Shown here: positions 47,628 to 61,585 of the stretch, in pieces
How the letters are laid out: each line of letters starts with the position of its first letter
Numbering within the stretch: the first letter of the stretch is position 1
Assembly: GCA_964016885.1 (NCBI GenBank)
Contig: OZ024742.1
Location: forward strand, 233,368,001 to 233,432,000
Direction: 5' to 3'
DNA from: Eledone cirrhosa
Lineage: Eukaryota
DNA: 64,000 nucleotides
Translations under genes and position numbers: made by a program
Notes under the pieces: model-generated
Database searches by the model: none
Seen by the model: the letters and a program-made list of their open reading frames with translations, nothing else
What the model was told of the DNA's origin: nothing

Positions 47628-50600
47628 ATCTCCTAAAATTGTGATTGCTGGAGAGCGGGTAGGCCTGACTAACTACTGAAATACCCCAAACGCCTTTGGT
47701 CTCATAGCCTCTAACAACCGAAGCCCAGCTCATTGAACTTCCATTGGGTGAGATATTTGGAACTGACAAGCAGAAGGAGTAAAGGCGAATTACTGGCGCC
47801 TTAAAATGAATTGTTCCGAATGAACAGAAATCATCAGCCTTGGGTGGCCATCTGTCTGGGATATCCTGGAGAAAACAATACCGGTTTGGCATCTGGCGAG
47901 GTATAGCTGAGTCTCATGGGCAAGAGGAGCTCTTTACTCTTGACAGATAATCATCCTAGAGTTAGTATCTCAAACAAAGTACTATTGTGGGGTAGATAAC
48001 ACTCTAGTTGTAGACAAAGCTGTGGTGAAGGCAAACTATCTTGGGGAAAGAAAACTCCAAAATCAAACCACGCATAATAAAAATATCACGCTGGTGTCTG
48101 ATACGGGATAATTCAACCCAAGGATAAATAGATACTCTTTGGCTTTGTAAGGCAGTTTATTTAGAGATGGTTTCTGAATAAAAATATTCGTGGTAAGTAA
48201 CCCCCCCTCAAGGAATCATGATGCAAAACTATCATGAAATAGTTGACAGTGTGAATGAGGATGGGACCAGTTGTGGTAAAGGTCTCTCGACCGGCAGGTT
48301 TGGAGCCCGCAACAACAGTGAAAGTGATCTGGCTCCAGACAGTCGTTACCAGCCAACAGAGTATACACAGAATGTGCTTGCAGCTAGACATAAATGGTCG
48401 AAGGAAGAGTACGCTGGACTCATTGAATGTTATGAAAAACTAAAATGAGAAGGAAGTCGTGGAGTAGAACGACGTAGTTTGGACTTTTGGTGGGAAAAGG
48501 TATGTTTTCGATATCAGAAAGCAATCTGATGAACGAAGTGAGAGTAATTAGGAGGAAAATTTGGTTAACTGAAGTGGAAATATCTTGAACTACTGAACGC
48601 TGTAGGCGAACAACAAAGGGAGGTAAAGGGTAGACATTGAAACCTTTTCTATGACTGAAAGCAGAGAGAGAGAGAATAGGTAACAAGAACCGAAAAATTA
48701 TGTTAGGTCTTTAAGGCTGCTGAAGAGGGTGATTTAAGTTTGAACCCTGGTATTACTGGAAATGATGATGTAAGAGGAAAGGATCAATTAGAGAATGAAT
48801 CGCTGGAATTATGAAGAGGGCTTATGGAGTTGATGAATGACACAGACAAAAACGATGAATATGAGAAGGGATGATAGGAGTATAATACATGAAGTAACAA
48901 AAACGATAAATGTTGTCATATCACATATCCAAAGAGAGGACATAACACAAACTGGAATCTTATCCAAGCGGAAGTACTACATGTAGGGGAGAAATTGCAG
49001 CTGACGAGAACTAAGTTAAGGACGACAAAAGAACCATGGTGGATATGATGCATTAGAAATGACATTTTGCGATCAAAGCAAGGTTTAAGTAAATCAAAGC
49101 ATTGGTTTAGAGGAAATTTGAAAAATGGGTAAAAAGACTAATCGAGAGGCACTAAACAAGAAATATAAACTACGAAAGAATAGGTATTCTACAGTAATGG
49201 AAGCGGAAAAAAACAAAGGAAAAACAAACATACGTGAAAAGAAATAAGCATTTAGAGGAGAACAAATTGTTGCAAACTAATCCAAAACAATTCTTCTGTA
49301 CTCTGGAAACTTAGGAATTTTAAAATGGGTTATCAATTTGGAAGGCAGAGGTCATTCAGGAACCATCTTCTGTTTATGGATGACCTGAAACCGTTTGGAA
49401 AAATCGGAAAACCAGATAGATTCATTGGTTAAAACAGTCTAGATATATAGCAATGATATGGAATTTAGGCTTTCCAAATACTCTGTGCTCAATATGAAAA
49501 GAGAGAAAAAAAGCAACCTGTAACGGAATACGTCTGTCTTTGGGAGAAACCTTAGGAGAGTCAGATGGTAGATACAAAAGTTTGGGGATTTTAGAACTCG
49601 ATGATATTTTGCATGCAGAAATGAAAGAAAAGATTAGACAGACATATTTTGAACGATTTTTAAATCTCAGTCACTGCAATGAATATTTGGCAGGTACACT
49701 GGTTAGATATTGTGCATCTCTTGTCAGGTGAATTGAAAAAGAAATATTAAAGTTAGAAAGAAGGTCGAAAACGTTAATGACATTTCACGGAGCGTTGCAC
49801 GCTAAAACAAATATAAATAAATTGCACGTGATGAAAAATAATCATGGTAGGGGGTTAATCAGTGTAAATTATTGTATAAGGAGTAAAAAGAAAACGCTCG
49901 AAGAATATTTGGTAAATAGCCACGAAGAGCTGTTGTAATATACTGCAGAAGATATAGGTTTAAATGCAGATGAAATGCTACGATAGGAAGAGTTTCACCG
50001 AAAGGGAAAAAAGAGAAAAAAGAGAAAAAAGAGAAAAAAGAGAAAAAAGAGAAAAAAGAGAAAAAAGAGAAAAAAATCTAGGAATGAGAATGCATGGCCA
50101 TAGGATATCAACGATTATGCAACATCGTGGACGTGGCTTAAGCAAGACGATTTGAAGTGCACCATTAATAGCCATATAATTGCTGCACAAGATCGAGACT
50201 TGCTGCCAATTTTATGAAGTATAATGTCTACAAAACGTCTGACACCCAGAAATGTGAAAAGAATGTAGAAAATGCAACCCACCGAGTAAATGGTTGTGAG
50301 AGCCTTGTGCACAAATAATACGACTGCCGTCATGATAAAGTCTGTTTCTAGTTTCATTGGCTTTTTTGTCGTAAATACCAATACGAAGTAATAGAGAATT
50401 GGTATGAGCATTTGCCTTGTAAAGTAATGCAGGAAGATTGGAGGGTACCAATACTCTGGAATTATGGTTTCCAGATTGATAGAGTAATTGAGCATCGCCG
50501 TCCAGTCATTGTTGTATTGAAAAAAAGAAGACAAATACTGTCAGAACATAGACTTAACAATACCAACTGACACAAATATTGCGAGTAAAGAGAAACTTCC

Positions 50601-50875
50601 AAGTATTCCGAACTGAAAGTGGAGATAGTAAGATGGTTTGGAAAGCAACAGGGTTACGTGATAGTGATACCAGTTTTGATCATTAGGGTCATTCCAATTG
50701 AGACTGTTTTAGGCTGTTGGGAATACCATGCAAGATTGGTGTCATACATAAATCGACCTTGCTAGGTGCTGCATACATCTTAAGGAAAGTATTATCTATC
50801 TGAGGTCCTTGTTGTAACTTGACAGATGACTAAATACTCCAGTGCATTAATCATTAACAATGTGTGACAAAGTTA
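47628..50875 (+). mobile_element. Heavily decayed, internally deleted Dong/R4 LINE next to (TAA)n
   Basis: N-terminal RHKWSKEEY..LIECY, HLLFMDDLK near 49365, YKSLGILE, GRGLISV, IIAAQD, RHDKV, LLGAAYILRKVLSI*; (AAAAAGAGA)n expansion ~50005-50075. Confidence 0.82.
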
Positions 50876-50989
50876 TAAAAATAATTGTTTCTACTTTATT
50901 GTTATTATAATTTTGTCACGCTTTGTTGATGATTAATGCATCGGAGTATTTAGTCATTTGTCAAGTCACAAGGACCTCAGTTATGATAA

Positions 50990-51215
50990 CAATAATTGTT
51001 TCTACTTTAGGCGCAAAGCAAGAAATTTGAAGGGAAGGTGAAAGTCGGTTAAATCGACCCTAGTGCATTGCTGGTGCTTTATTTTATCAACCCCGTAAGG
51101 GTGAAAGGCAAAGCTAACCGTGGCAGGATCTGAACTCAAAGCATAAAGGGCCATAACTCTATGCTACAAAGCATGGTGTCTGACGCTCTACGGATACTTC
51201 CAATCCACCCCCTTA
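50990..51215 (-). mobile_element. SINE copy
   Basis: Reverse core and head. Confidence 0.85.
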
Positions 51216-51229
51216 TAATAATACTAATA

Positions 51230-53560
51230 ACGATGTTATCGGACACAGTAGCCCAAGACGTTGGGGACAATACCAGAACATGTTACAACACAAAGTAGGG
51301 TTTGCATCGAGTAAAAAAGTTCGAAATCAATAAAAAACAATAAATGTAACAATAAATATCCAAGAAAATTTCTCAAGAGTAGAGAAGACTACCCTGGTAA
51401 ATGGAGGCGAAAAATCCGTACATTGTCCTAGATTACTGTATATCACCGAAAGCCAGTTTCTTTTTCTCCTATCTTAGAAAGGCAGAGTCAGAATAAACTC
51501 ATTCAGCCTCGTTAGTCTCGCCACTCATACCTACTTTTCGTGAAACGTTCTAGAAGGCAGAACTTCCTTCTATACCCTCCTGCTCCTCTTCAAGTAGGAC
51601 TTAAAGAAGTTATTAAGGGCTTGAGCGGAAAGGAGAGTACATGTCCTCAAACATTTCGTGCGTGTCCACTCCATAACCTTTTTTTACCATTGTCACTTTT
51701 AGAAAAACTTTTAGTCTCTTCTTTGCCAAGTGAAGAAGGTGGTTTGATTTTCTCTAAATCCAGCTATCATCCGGATACCTCTCGCATGCAACAACAGCCT
51801 CCAGACACGAGCTCACAAATCTATAATGTACGGACACTGAAGAATATCGTGAAGGACGATAACGTGGTTCTGTGTGCATCTCATACAGGTTCAGCTGTTG
51901 GCACTTACGTGCCTGTATGGCTTGTCTCTAACAGGAAATGCTCTCTTGTAACAATGCCAAGCCAAAAACGTATAGAAGTTGCCCATAGTCTCCGACATGA
52001 ACGTCCTCTAGAATAGTGTGATTAAAATGTCCTCATCGATGCTCAGAGTAGTTTCAGTATTCTGATGCCAGACACATATCCTTAGCATACGCTTGACTCA
52101 AGACTGCAGCTCCGCTATGAAAACTAGCTGCGAGAAATCATGTCTAACGTAGAAGGCCCGCGACGTTCGTCGTCGTTGTAATTGTAATCGTCTAGGGCAT
52201 TTATGCAGAGGCGACAACCGCAGCGCATCATCAGCAAAGGCATTCCTGGAGTGGGTGATGTCAGTAGATGGTTTTCCCAATCAGTTGAACTCGTCCTTTC
52301 CACAAAAAAAAACCGAAGTGTATGCATTCCCACCTGGTCAATTGTTTCTTGGCCAAGTCCCGACGGCCAAGTGGTCGTTACCGAGGCGTTGTAAGCGTTG
52401 TAGGCGTTGTAGGCTTTCTAGGCGTTGTAGGCGTACTTCAGAACGATATTCCAGAGATAGATTTCTCCTAGTATATTTCGGAATGACACTGGTCACACTT
52501 TTCGCGACTTCTACCCACCTTTTGTATACCTGGAGGTTTAATTTGAAGCAGATCCCGTGCATCTTAACCAGGCCCTCGGTTCAGTGACAGGTTTTGCCGC
52601 TGTGCGACATGGAATTGCCATTACATGAGCCGAGTTGTAAACCCACTGACTTGTCCCAATTTCCATTGTTCTCAGTAATGGGTCTAAGGCCAACACTTAG
52701 AGAGAGAGAGAGGAAAGAGAACATACCTGACAGACCGATGCTGAAAGGTAGAAGTGGCCATTTAGTTTGATCACTAAACTGACATTTTTGTATATTGTGA
52801 TGATCCAGCTCTGGAAAATGGAACCGAAACTGGCTGCCTCCAAGTATCAAAGGTCAACCCTGCCAAAAGCTTTGAACTGGACTTGGTCTACCAGAACCAT
52901 ATCGAAGCCAGGTTTAATCCTAACCCGTCCTTGGATGAGGTGAAAGTTGTTGAGGGTAGATCTGCGAGGGACCTCCCCACCATGCACATTCCCAACTATG
53001 CTACATACGAACAAGTGCCAACCCCTTGGCGAGCATCTTTGTCAAAATCGTTGACTTTATTTAATAAAGTTACGAACCTGAAATTTTGTATTGAGTTTCC
53101 TTTGTTCAGGTCCCCACTCAACAAGGCCACTATTCTCCGTCTTACATCCGTCAAACAGTAGCGAACAACTCTGGCATATGAAAATAAAGCTCGTAAAGCT
53201 GAACATTCAAACCGGGTGATTTGTCTCTCGTACAACACTGCAGAAGGAGGAGGACACTCTAAACTCTTGGCTGGCTGGTACATCTCAGCTGCACCCTGCG
53301 GACAAGATAGAAAAATAATTGCCGCGGAGAACAGCTAGCGATAACTGTTGCATCAGCTATTCCATCACATGGGGTTCCTTCGTCAGGCAAGATATCCCCT
53401 CCCTAATCTGTCGAGGAAAAAGCAGTCTGACGAGTGAGGATAATTGGGCTTCCTCCAATCGAACGAGAAAAGGGTTATCCCATCTGAGCGTCTACTGTTG
53501 ACGCAGTCGAGATCGAATGGCTCCAATCATGATAGGAAATCAGTCCTTCTGATGATATCA
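51230..53560 (-). mobile_element. Decayed L1/Tx1-like LINE
   Basis: Remnants such as QSKAFGRVD (~52855-52885), ILG.W.GP, GMHTL and a 3' W..R segment; many stops. Clade assignment by motif resemblance only. Confidence 0.6.
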
Positions 53561-53589
53561 TTCAAGGTGGCGTGCCCAGAGAACTTGGA

Positions 53590-53928
53590 TTAGGAAGCAT
53601 TATGAATCCGTTTGATTTTGGTTATAGGACGCAGTTGAAGCAATATCCAACACAACTTCTCACAACTGTGTGTCTTCACTGAAGGCTTCGATCAAGCGAG
53701 CATTCGGTAAAATGAAAGAGGAAGAAATAGTTAAGGCATGCGCATCATTTCGTAAACGGATTGAACTGGTAAAGAAAGCAAACGGCAGTCACATTAAACT
53801 GAAATAAGTGCTAAACACTTCATAATAAATTGGCATAAACATAAAATTTGCAGTGTTTGATTTTTCAGAGTTATACCAATTACAATAAAGATATTTAAAT
53901 GGTCCCAGTTTACCTGTTACCCCCTGTA
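53590..53928 (+). mobile_element. Tc1/mariner 3' fragment with right TIR
   Basis: NPFDFG..; LKASIKRAFGKMKEEEIVKACASFRKRIELVKKANGSHIKLK*; ends ..TTACCCCCTG|TA. Confidence 0.8.
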
Positions 53929-55989
53929 TGTCTGTATGTATGTTTTTCGTGTCCGCGTTACTTTTCATTATGTCTCTTCCATTAATGACTGGAAATATTT
54001 TTTTCATATTGATTGAATAAGAAGAAAAGAAATGATTCTTTGGTGTTAAGGGTCTAGCTCCAGAAATATACTGGAAGATATTGTTGGAAAAGGGTTCGAG
54101 TTAAAAAGTACATTAAACAAAATATTTGACGGTGCACTGAAATGTTTGGAATAGAATGTTTAGAATAGAATATGGAAGAGAATTATCCCATTCGATCATG
54201 TGCGACACTATTACAATTTTATTACGCAGTACTCAGGGGTATCGAGGCAGCGAACTGGCAGAGTTGTCAGAGCGTTAGATAAAAACTGCCTGGATATTTG
54301 TTCCGGCTGAGTTCAATTTCTATCGAGGTCTTTTACCCTTTCGAAGCCAATTAATAAAGTATCAGTCCAGTACTGGGACTGATTGTTCCTCTATCTCTCG
54401 CTAGCTCTTTCACCCTCTTTCTCTAGAAGAAATTGTCTGTGTTCTGACTTAGAGTGGGATGAGCTCCACCAGGTTTTAAATGCCCAAGACACACCATATG
54501 GCAGGATAACGCCCCCTCGTTTTTATCAGATGTTAAGGACTAAGATTAAGGATATCACTTGCACAGTCATTAATCGTATATACATCTACTTACATACATA
54601 TGCATTACATATCGATCCAACAAGAAAGCCCTAACCGGTCAATCGACCTCTTAGAAATAACAGCAAAATCTCTCTGATATAACAACCTACTGTCTTACAA
54701 AAGGAAAACACGTTAAATAATTATGTGGTTCTAGATAAACTATATTGAAAAAAAGACAACATATTCAACCCTGAACACCTTTGATCATATGACGACTCGA
54801 TCAGATCAGATCTAGTGTTAAACAACACCGATAACTGCAGCAACAGCATCTGCATTGCACACGTTATACATGCACATACACAAGCAATTGCTTCCACTTG
54901 AATGCAGGTCACACTAGCATAGCAACTTACCTTACGCAGACACTCATAAAATTATTTAAATTGTTCAACTTCAGAGCCAACATCCAGCTATATGCTAACC
55001 TTATATAAATGCGGGGGACTACTGCATACGAACACACGAATACATACAAACTTGCTGTTAACACATGATGCACATACCCGATTATAATGACATCAAACTA
55101 TTACAAATATAAATGATCAAACAAATCTGAGCTTCTGAAATCAATACACGGGTACCAAGAGAAAAATCCAAACTGAGAAACAACTACTCTCTATGATTAT
55201 TTCGATTAGAATTAGTCCTAACCTATATGGCAATCACCATTTCATACACTCGGTGCTCCGACTAACAAAAACGCCCCTTTTAATAATCTCCCAGTGTATC
55301 CAGTACTGTTTTACATCTATTTCATGCAATAATACTTTGGCTTTGTCTCAGCAGTATTTATACTAGTCTTCGACTCTTTTTCAAAGAGTCTTTCGCCATT
55401 GTTCTATTAAATGTCTAACCATATAATCTAATTTTTCTTTTGTGTTCTGTTTTAATTAGTGTTTTTTTGTTTTTTTTTTTGTGGGGGGGTTCTGTGTTCA
55501 GTCTCTCGCTTATCATAAAGTCAAAGAATCGGTTGGAGATGTTATGTTGATGAAATACATTCAGAAATAGAAAAGAAAAAAAATTGATAAGACATCGTAG
55601 ATTATAGGGTTAAAGAGGAAAGTTGAAGGCGGTTTTTATTTTATAGAAAATATTGGACGCTTCCACCATCTCTAATAATTTAAATATTTATGTTTTCCTT
55701 TCATTGATTCTTTTAAGATGAACATTATTTTATTTTTCTAGTTATTCATTTTCATTTTTTTATTTTTTTTTATTTTAGTTTATCTATTTTATTTATTTAT
55801 TTGGTACTGCTACAAAAAACAAAAACAAAGACAACGAAAGCAAAAAACAATAGGATGAGCAACAGTGAAAGCTGCAAAAGAAAAACAATTTAAAAAAAAG
55901 GGAGAAATAAAATTATGATAATCTCTTACTACATTTGGTATTTGTTTGTAAACGTTTTGTTTATGTCATGGCCATTGAAGTTTTGATTG

Positions 55990-56368
55990 TAATCTGAGTT
56001 CAAATCCCGCCAAGGTTAGCTTTGCCTTTCATCCTTACGGGGGTCGATAAAATAAAGTACCAGTAATGTAATGTGGTCGATTTAATCGACTTCCCCATCC
56101 CCTTCAACTTGTTGGCCTTGTGCCTAAAGTAGAAACACTTATTATTATTATTATTATTATTTGAAATCATTATTATTATTATTATTTAGCAGTATCGGTA
56201 TAGCGTCAGACACCATGCTTTGCAGCATAGAGTTATGGCCCTTTACGCTCTGAGTTCAAATCCCGCCGAGGTTAACTTTGCCTTTCATCCTTACGGGGTC
56301 GATCAAATAAAATACCAGTAATGCACTGGATAATTGCTGGTCTTGTGCCAAAAGAAGAAACAATTATT
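55990..56368 (+). mobile_element. Two SINE copies
   Basis: Core at ~55993-56065 and ~56250-56325. Confidence 0.9.
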
Positions 56369-57134
56369 ATTATCATTATCATTATCATCGTCATTATCAT
56401 CAACATCGTCATCATCGTCATCCTCATCGCCATCATTACTATTATGGTCATCCTTATTCTTATCATAGTAATCGTGTCAGCCTGTATTGATATTACAGTC
56501 GTTTTCTCTTGCCAAATATCACCGTCAACTTGTTTAGTACAATAGGAATGGAAATGAAAATAAACGATAATAATTTGCGAAAGAACAACAATGAGAACAG
56601 ACGACAACAATAACAACAATAACAATAACAGCTTCAGAAAGGCTACAAAATGGATGACAATATCATCATCAGTCCAACAAGTTTAGCGATCGGAAAAATA
56701 AAAAAAAAATAAAAAATGTGGGCTGGCTCTATTATTCGTGGTCTTATCTGGTTACTTGAAGCCCCCTCAACTTCCGTCGTCTGGTACTGTTTACAGCAGG
56801 TGGTGGGACAGAATTGGGGTTGGGACGTGGTAATTGTAGACCTCTCTCCCCCACCTACTACCAACCATATTGTCACATGATGACTTGTTTTAACTGGCTC
56901 CCTTGTATCTTTGTATTCTCATTCTTTTTTTCTTTCTTCTTTAACCTTACTTTCTTTCACTATCTTTCACTCTCTGATTCTCCCTTTCCTTCTCCCTCAC
57001 CCATTTATCATTACTTTATCATTTTATCATTTTTTTTGGTTACTTAATTTTGTTTTTATTCTCTTTTAATATTTTTCTATCATTGTATAACTTTTGTTTG
57101 TAAAATATAGTTGACATAAATTACTTAAGTAATA

Positions 57135-57294
57135 ATCTCTCTCTCCCCCTCTCTCTCTCTCTCTCTCTCCCTCTCTCGTCCCCCCTCTCTCTCGTCCCCC
57201 CCCTCTCTCCCTCTCGCTTCCATTCTTGCTTCTTACCTTCGTTCTTACACGAACCCAAGCATATTCTTACTCTTTCTTTCTTTCGTTCTTTCGT

Positions 57295-57377
<83 letters not shown>

Positions 57378-57470
57378 CTTTCTCTCTCTCTCTCTTGTTC
57401 TCTCTCCTGTTCTCTCTCCCATTCTCTCTCTCTCTCCTATTCTCTCTCTCTCCATATCCCCCCCTCTCTC
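57135..57470. repeat. (CT)n/(TTTC)n polypyrimidine tract
   Basis: Direct reading. Confidence 0.95.
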
Positions 57471-57551
57471 TGTTACCCACCCTCTCACTCACCAATCTCT
57501 GTCATATATTTTCTATTTTATTTTTATTTTTATCAACATCTTTACCATTTC

Positions 57552-57632
57552 GGTAGCCGCCTCGGTGGTCTAGTTGTAGCTATTAGAGACGATGGAGATC
57601 CTAGTCTGGGGTTCAATCCTGGTCAGGAGCTA
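57552..57632 (+). other. tRNA-derived SINE head or tRNA pseudogene
   Basis: A-box-like TGGTCTAGTTG and B-box-like GGTTCAATCC at tRNA spacing; no clean cloverleaf. Confidence 0.5.
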
Positions 57633-57656
57633 CACGTAGGGGTCATACTAAACTTT

Positions 57657-57897
57657 AAGGGCGGTGGATTGGCAGAATAGTTAGAGCGTCGGACAACAAG
57701 CTTAGTGGCATAGAGTTACGGCCCTTTACATTCTGAGTTCAAATCCCGCCAAGGTTAGCTTTACATTTCCTCTTTATGGGGTCGATAAAATAAAGTACCA
57801 GTAATGCACTGAGGTCGATTTAATTGACTTTCTCTATATAAGAAACACTGGGATAATTGCTGGCCTTGTGCCGAAAATAGAAACAATTATTATTATT
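57657..57897 (+). mobile_element. SINE copy
   Basis: Complete head, core and tail. Confidence 0.9.
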
Positions 57898-57899
57898 TC

Positions 57900-58245
57900 G
57901 GCGAAGCCCTGAAGAGGAAAAGCAGTTTGTTGAAAGATGGGTATGAGATGCGAGCATGGCTCGAGGGAATGTGCCTGCTCTGAGTATGCGCCTGTAGATT
58001 GGAGGTGGAGAACTGGGAGAGGGCACTTGTCCTCGTGGTCAGGGTGATCGTGGCTTTTTGTGGACCCTCGGAAGCCACTTCCCCCTATTGGGGAATTTAC
58101 TTTGTTTGAATCCGTTTTCTATATCTCGTTATATGAACTTCTTACACTCTAAAACCCTCACCTTTTCCGTCCTGTTCTGTCTGTGCCGTCCTTAATGATT
58201 TGTTTACATGTAATCCCTACGTGGCTAATAAAGAAATTATCATCA
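57900..58245 (+). mobile_element. 3' end of an L1/Tx1-like LINE
   Basis: TGAAAGATGGGT.GAGA..CG.GC..GGCT resembles the minus-strand ORF end at ~59055-59090; AATAAA then (ATC)n. Confidence 0.55.
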
Positions 58246-58269
58246 TCAATTTTATCAATATTATTATTT

Positions 58270-58455
58270 TGGCAGTATTGGGAGAGGGTCGGACGCCATG
58301 CTTTGACGTATAGAGTACGGCCCTTGCCATTCTGAGTTCAAATCCCGCCGAGGTTAACTTTGCCTTTCATCCTTACGGGGTCGATAAAATAAAGTACCAG
58401 TAATGCACTGGGTAATTGCTGGCCGTGTGCCTAAAGTAGAAACAATTATTATTAT
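58270..58455 (+). mobile_element. SINE copy
   Basis: Near-consensus sequence. Confidence 0.92.
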
Positions 58456-58785
58456 TCTTTTCTTGGAGTCTCTGTCACTGATATTATTTAATCGGAAAGT
58501 TTGTTCAAATGAACATCAAGCAGCCTAAGCTATTCAGGACGTATCGGAGGGTTGTTGCTGTTCCCAACAAACATGGCTTTCGAAGTGTTCCAAGAAAGGG
58601 GGCTGGACTAATGTTCTTTAACCATCCTTGAAACTCTTCGAGATAGTACCTAGTGCTCCTATGACAATCGGGACGACCTTGATCTCATGACAGTCCCAAA
58701 TCCTTTTTAATTCCCACTTTAAATCCTGGTATCGATTAATTTTCTCCTTTCTCCTTTTCTTGCACTCTTGTGTCAAAGGGCCAGG
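58456..58785 (-). mobile_element. Dong/R4 3' fragment, tail-to-tail with the SINE (ATT)n tail
   Basis: EKINRYQDLKWELKRIW..KVVPIVIGALGTI..LLGTATTLRYVLNS; short 3' UTR followed by (AAT)n. Confidence 0.82.
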
Positions 58786-60560
58786 CTACATCTCAGGATA
58801 ACAGAGAGTGAGATTTACATCAAATGGCAAATGGACACCAACAAAGAGAAAACAGTAGGTATAACAATAACCGTGATTGTTATAAATAGTCATGGTAACA
58901 AATGTCAATTGGGAGCAGTTCCACAATAAGGGGTCGAGAGACTGCACTTTAGGGTAATTCAAAGGAAAACATTCTGTCGTCTCACGGGCAGTGAAATCCT
59001 CTCTCCCGGGGCTTCTTTTCCCATACTTAGAAAAACAGAGACACATTCATCCTTGTCAGCCGCGTCGCTCTCACCCATCTTTCATAAAACACACTAGAAG
59101 GAGAAGAATCTTGTCCTTCAATACATTTTAGATGTGTCCACCATACAGCTTCTTTCGCCATAGTTAACAGGCAACGGAATATTTGCCACGTCTCCCTTCT
59201 AAATGAAGTAGACTGTTCAATTTCCTTTGTTTTCTGGCCACATATCATGTTGTCCACTTGGTAAAGTACCGTGAGCGCTTGAGATTCCACTAAATAGCGG
59301 AGGCTCATCCTTGTTATGCAGCTAGGTTAGGGAGACGAATTATGAGAAAATATATCGCACCAAAGGTGCTCACACTGGTTGGGCTTTACTTTCGTTGCCA
59401 ACGTCGTCGCAATACTCGAAGTAATTCCGCAGGTGCGTGCACATGATTAGCGAGGGTATCCCGAGGACACCATGGAGTTGGTAACACATGGATTTTCTGA
59501 CCAGCGGAACTTGTCCTTTCCACAAAATGTGGAAAACATGTGTTCCAGTCTGGTCAGATGTATTTTAGGTGGGTGGGGGTTGGGGACACGACGGTAGTAT
59601 ACCACCGAGGTGATGTAGGTTTCGCCACTTCCACCCACCTTTCGGGGAACAGTTTTCTACTTGGCCATTTCTGAGTGAGATTAGCTCTCCTGTTTGTGAC
59701 CTCCTTCCTGTTCTTGTCTTCCCAGAGGTTTGGTCCAAACCAAACTCCAAGCACTGACTTATCTCAGTTAATGCAAGCTTCAATAACTTCTTCCTGGTAT
59801 TCTTCCATTAAGGTGTTGACTCCTCCTACACCTGGAGTATTCGACACTATGAGGGTGGCGTCATCTGCTCTTTTGCAACCAGTTCATGCGAAATTCTTCT
59901 TAAGTTTCAATTCTCCTTAATAAAGGCTCCCGAGTCAATACACCGAGAGAAGAAGTAAGGGAACATCATTGACAGACCAAGCGTTAGGTATAGAACGGTT
60001 CCGATAAGTGACTGTTTAATTTGATCACCAAACTGATGCCACTGTAGAACATAACGATCCAGTTAACTGTTCTTAGGACAGTTTCTAGATAGTGATTGTC
60101 GACCCTGCTGAGAGCTTTTGACGGATCTAGATGGACCAACGATCCGCCAAAGTCAGATCTACTTCCGACAAGCTATACGATGTATTGTATGCAGTGACAG
60201 TTGTCATGGATAGATCTGCAAGGGAACGTACAAGTCTGTGCATTTTCGACTACATTACCAATAACAAGTGCTAACCTCTTGGCGAGCATCTTTACCGAAA
60301 CTTCAGCTCTGTGTTCATGTAGAAATAGAACAATCCCGGTGATTTTCTCTTACACAATAGTTCAGTACGTCCACCACACCATCTACTGAAATTGACTTTT
60401 CGCAGCAGTCCATTTTCCTGATTGAGGGCCGCAGGAATTTATTGAGGTAGGAATTGAAGTCTCTCATCTCTAGTCCGCCGCTCTTCGTAAATGCATAAAG
60501 AAATGCTACTCGAAAACGGCACACCTATGTTTGGGGTCAAATTGCATGCACCGTCAGCAG
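58786..60560 (-). mobile_element. Second decayed L1/Tx1-like LINE
   Basis: KSGGLEMRD, ITLLNAEL-like and KALSRVD remnants, LGVWFGP, AKEAVWW..K, FYERWVR. Confidence 0.65.
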
Positions 60561-61399
60561 TTCGTCGGGGTCCGAATTATGGTTTTGTTGCCGCATTGTG
60601 CTTCTACCATCCGGGCCCATTGAACGGCTCTTGGGGCTTCATATGTTATTGCATTCACACTACCACGGACAACACAAAATTCGTGTTTCACATCGAAGAA
60701 ATAGTCTAGGATCATTCTCACTGCTAGTAATTCAGCTGCGATGCCTCTTCTATTCGCTTCTTCTAAATTACTAACTGACTACTGCTTTACTATGCGATTC
60801 TCTCTAACTAATTCTTTGTTGAAACTCACTCATATTGTTCTAATTTTCTCTTTACCCAAACTTACCCCCAGTGGTTTATGAAAGCCCTCGATCAGTTTCT
60901 GTTTGACTACATCCCTAATCGGGTCTTTGAAATCTTCCCTCGCAGGAAAGGTCGCGTTTTGTTTCCAACAACGGGACCTTGTCTATTATATGTGGTCCGT
61001 ATATCCCACTACAAATTTCTCCTTAAAAGATTATATGTATTTAAGGCTCTAATGTAATGTAACATTAGAAACAGGATGTTTGCAAAATGACGGGATAGAT
61101 ATAGATGAAACGCGTTTGATCATCGGTCCACGCGATTAGACCCGACATGGGGTTAAAACAACAACAATAACAACGAAGTAAATACGGAATATATTTGCTT
61201 AACATCATATGAATAGTTAATCTAACAGAATGTGGCAAGTATTACTGTTCAGAACACGATTTTATTGCTATAGAATTAAGTATTCACTAAAAGACCATAT
61301 ATTAAAATATATATGGAAAACGTAATTATAACTAAAAAAATCGTATCACAGACATGCTAATATAATTAAGGGACAAAATACTTAATACTTCATACAGTT

Positions 61400-61585
61400 A
61401 AATAATTGTTTCTACTATTGACACAAAACCAGGAATTACCCCAGTGCCCCTGGGGCTTTATTTTATCGACCCCGTAAAGATGAAAGTTAACCTCGGTGGG
61501 ATTTGAACGGATAACGTAAAGGGCCATAACTCTATGTTGCAGAGCATGGTGTCTGACGCTCTACAGATACTGCCAATCCAACATT
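61400..61585 (-). mobile_element. SINE copy
   Basis: Reverse core and head. Confidence 0.82.

Noticed and set aside
57552-57632. Functional tRNA gene
   Set aside because: A and B boxes are present but the acceptor and anticodon stems do not pair properly.
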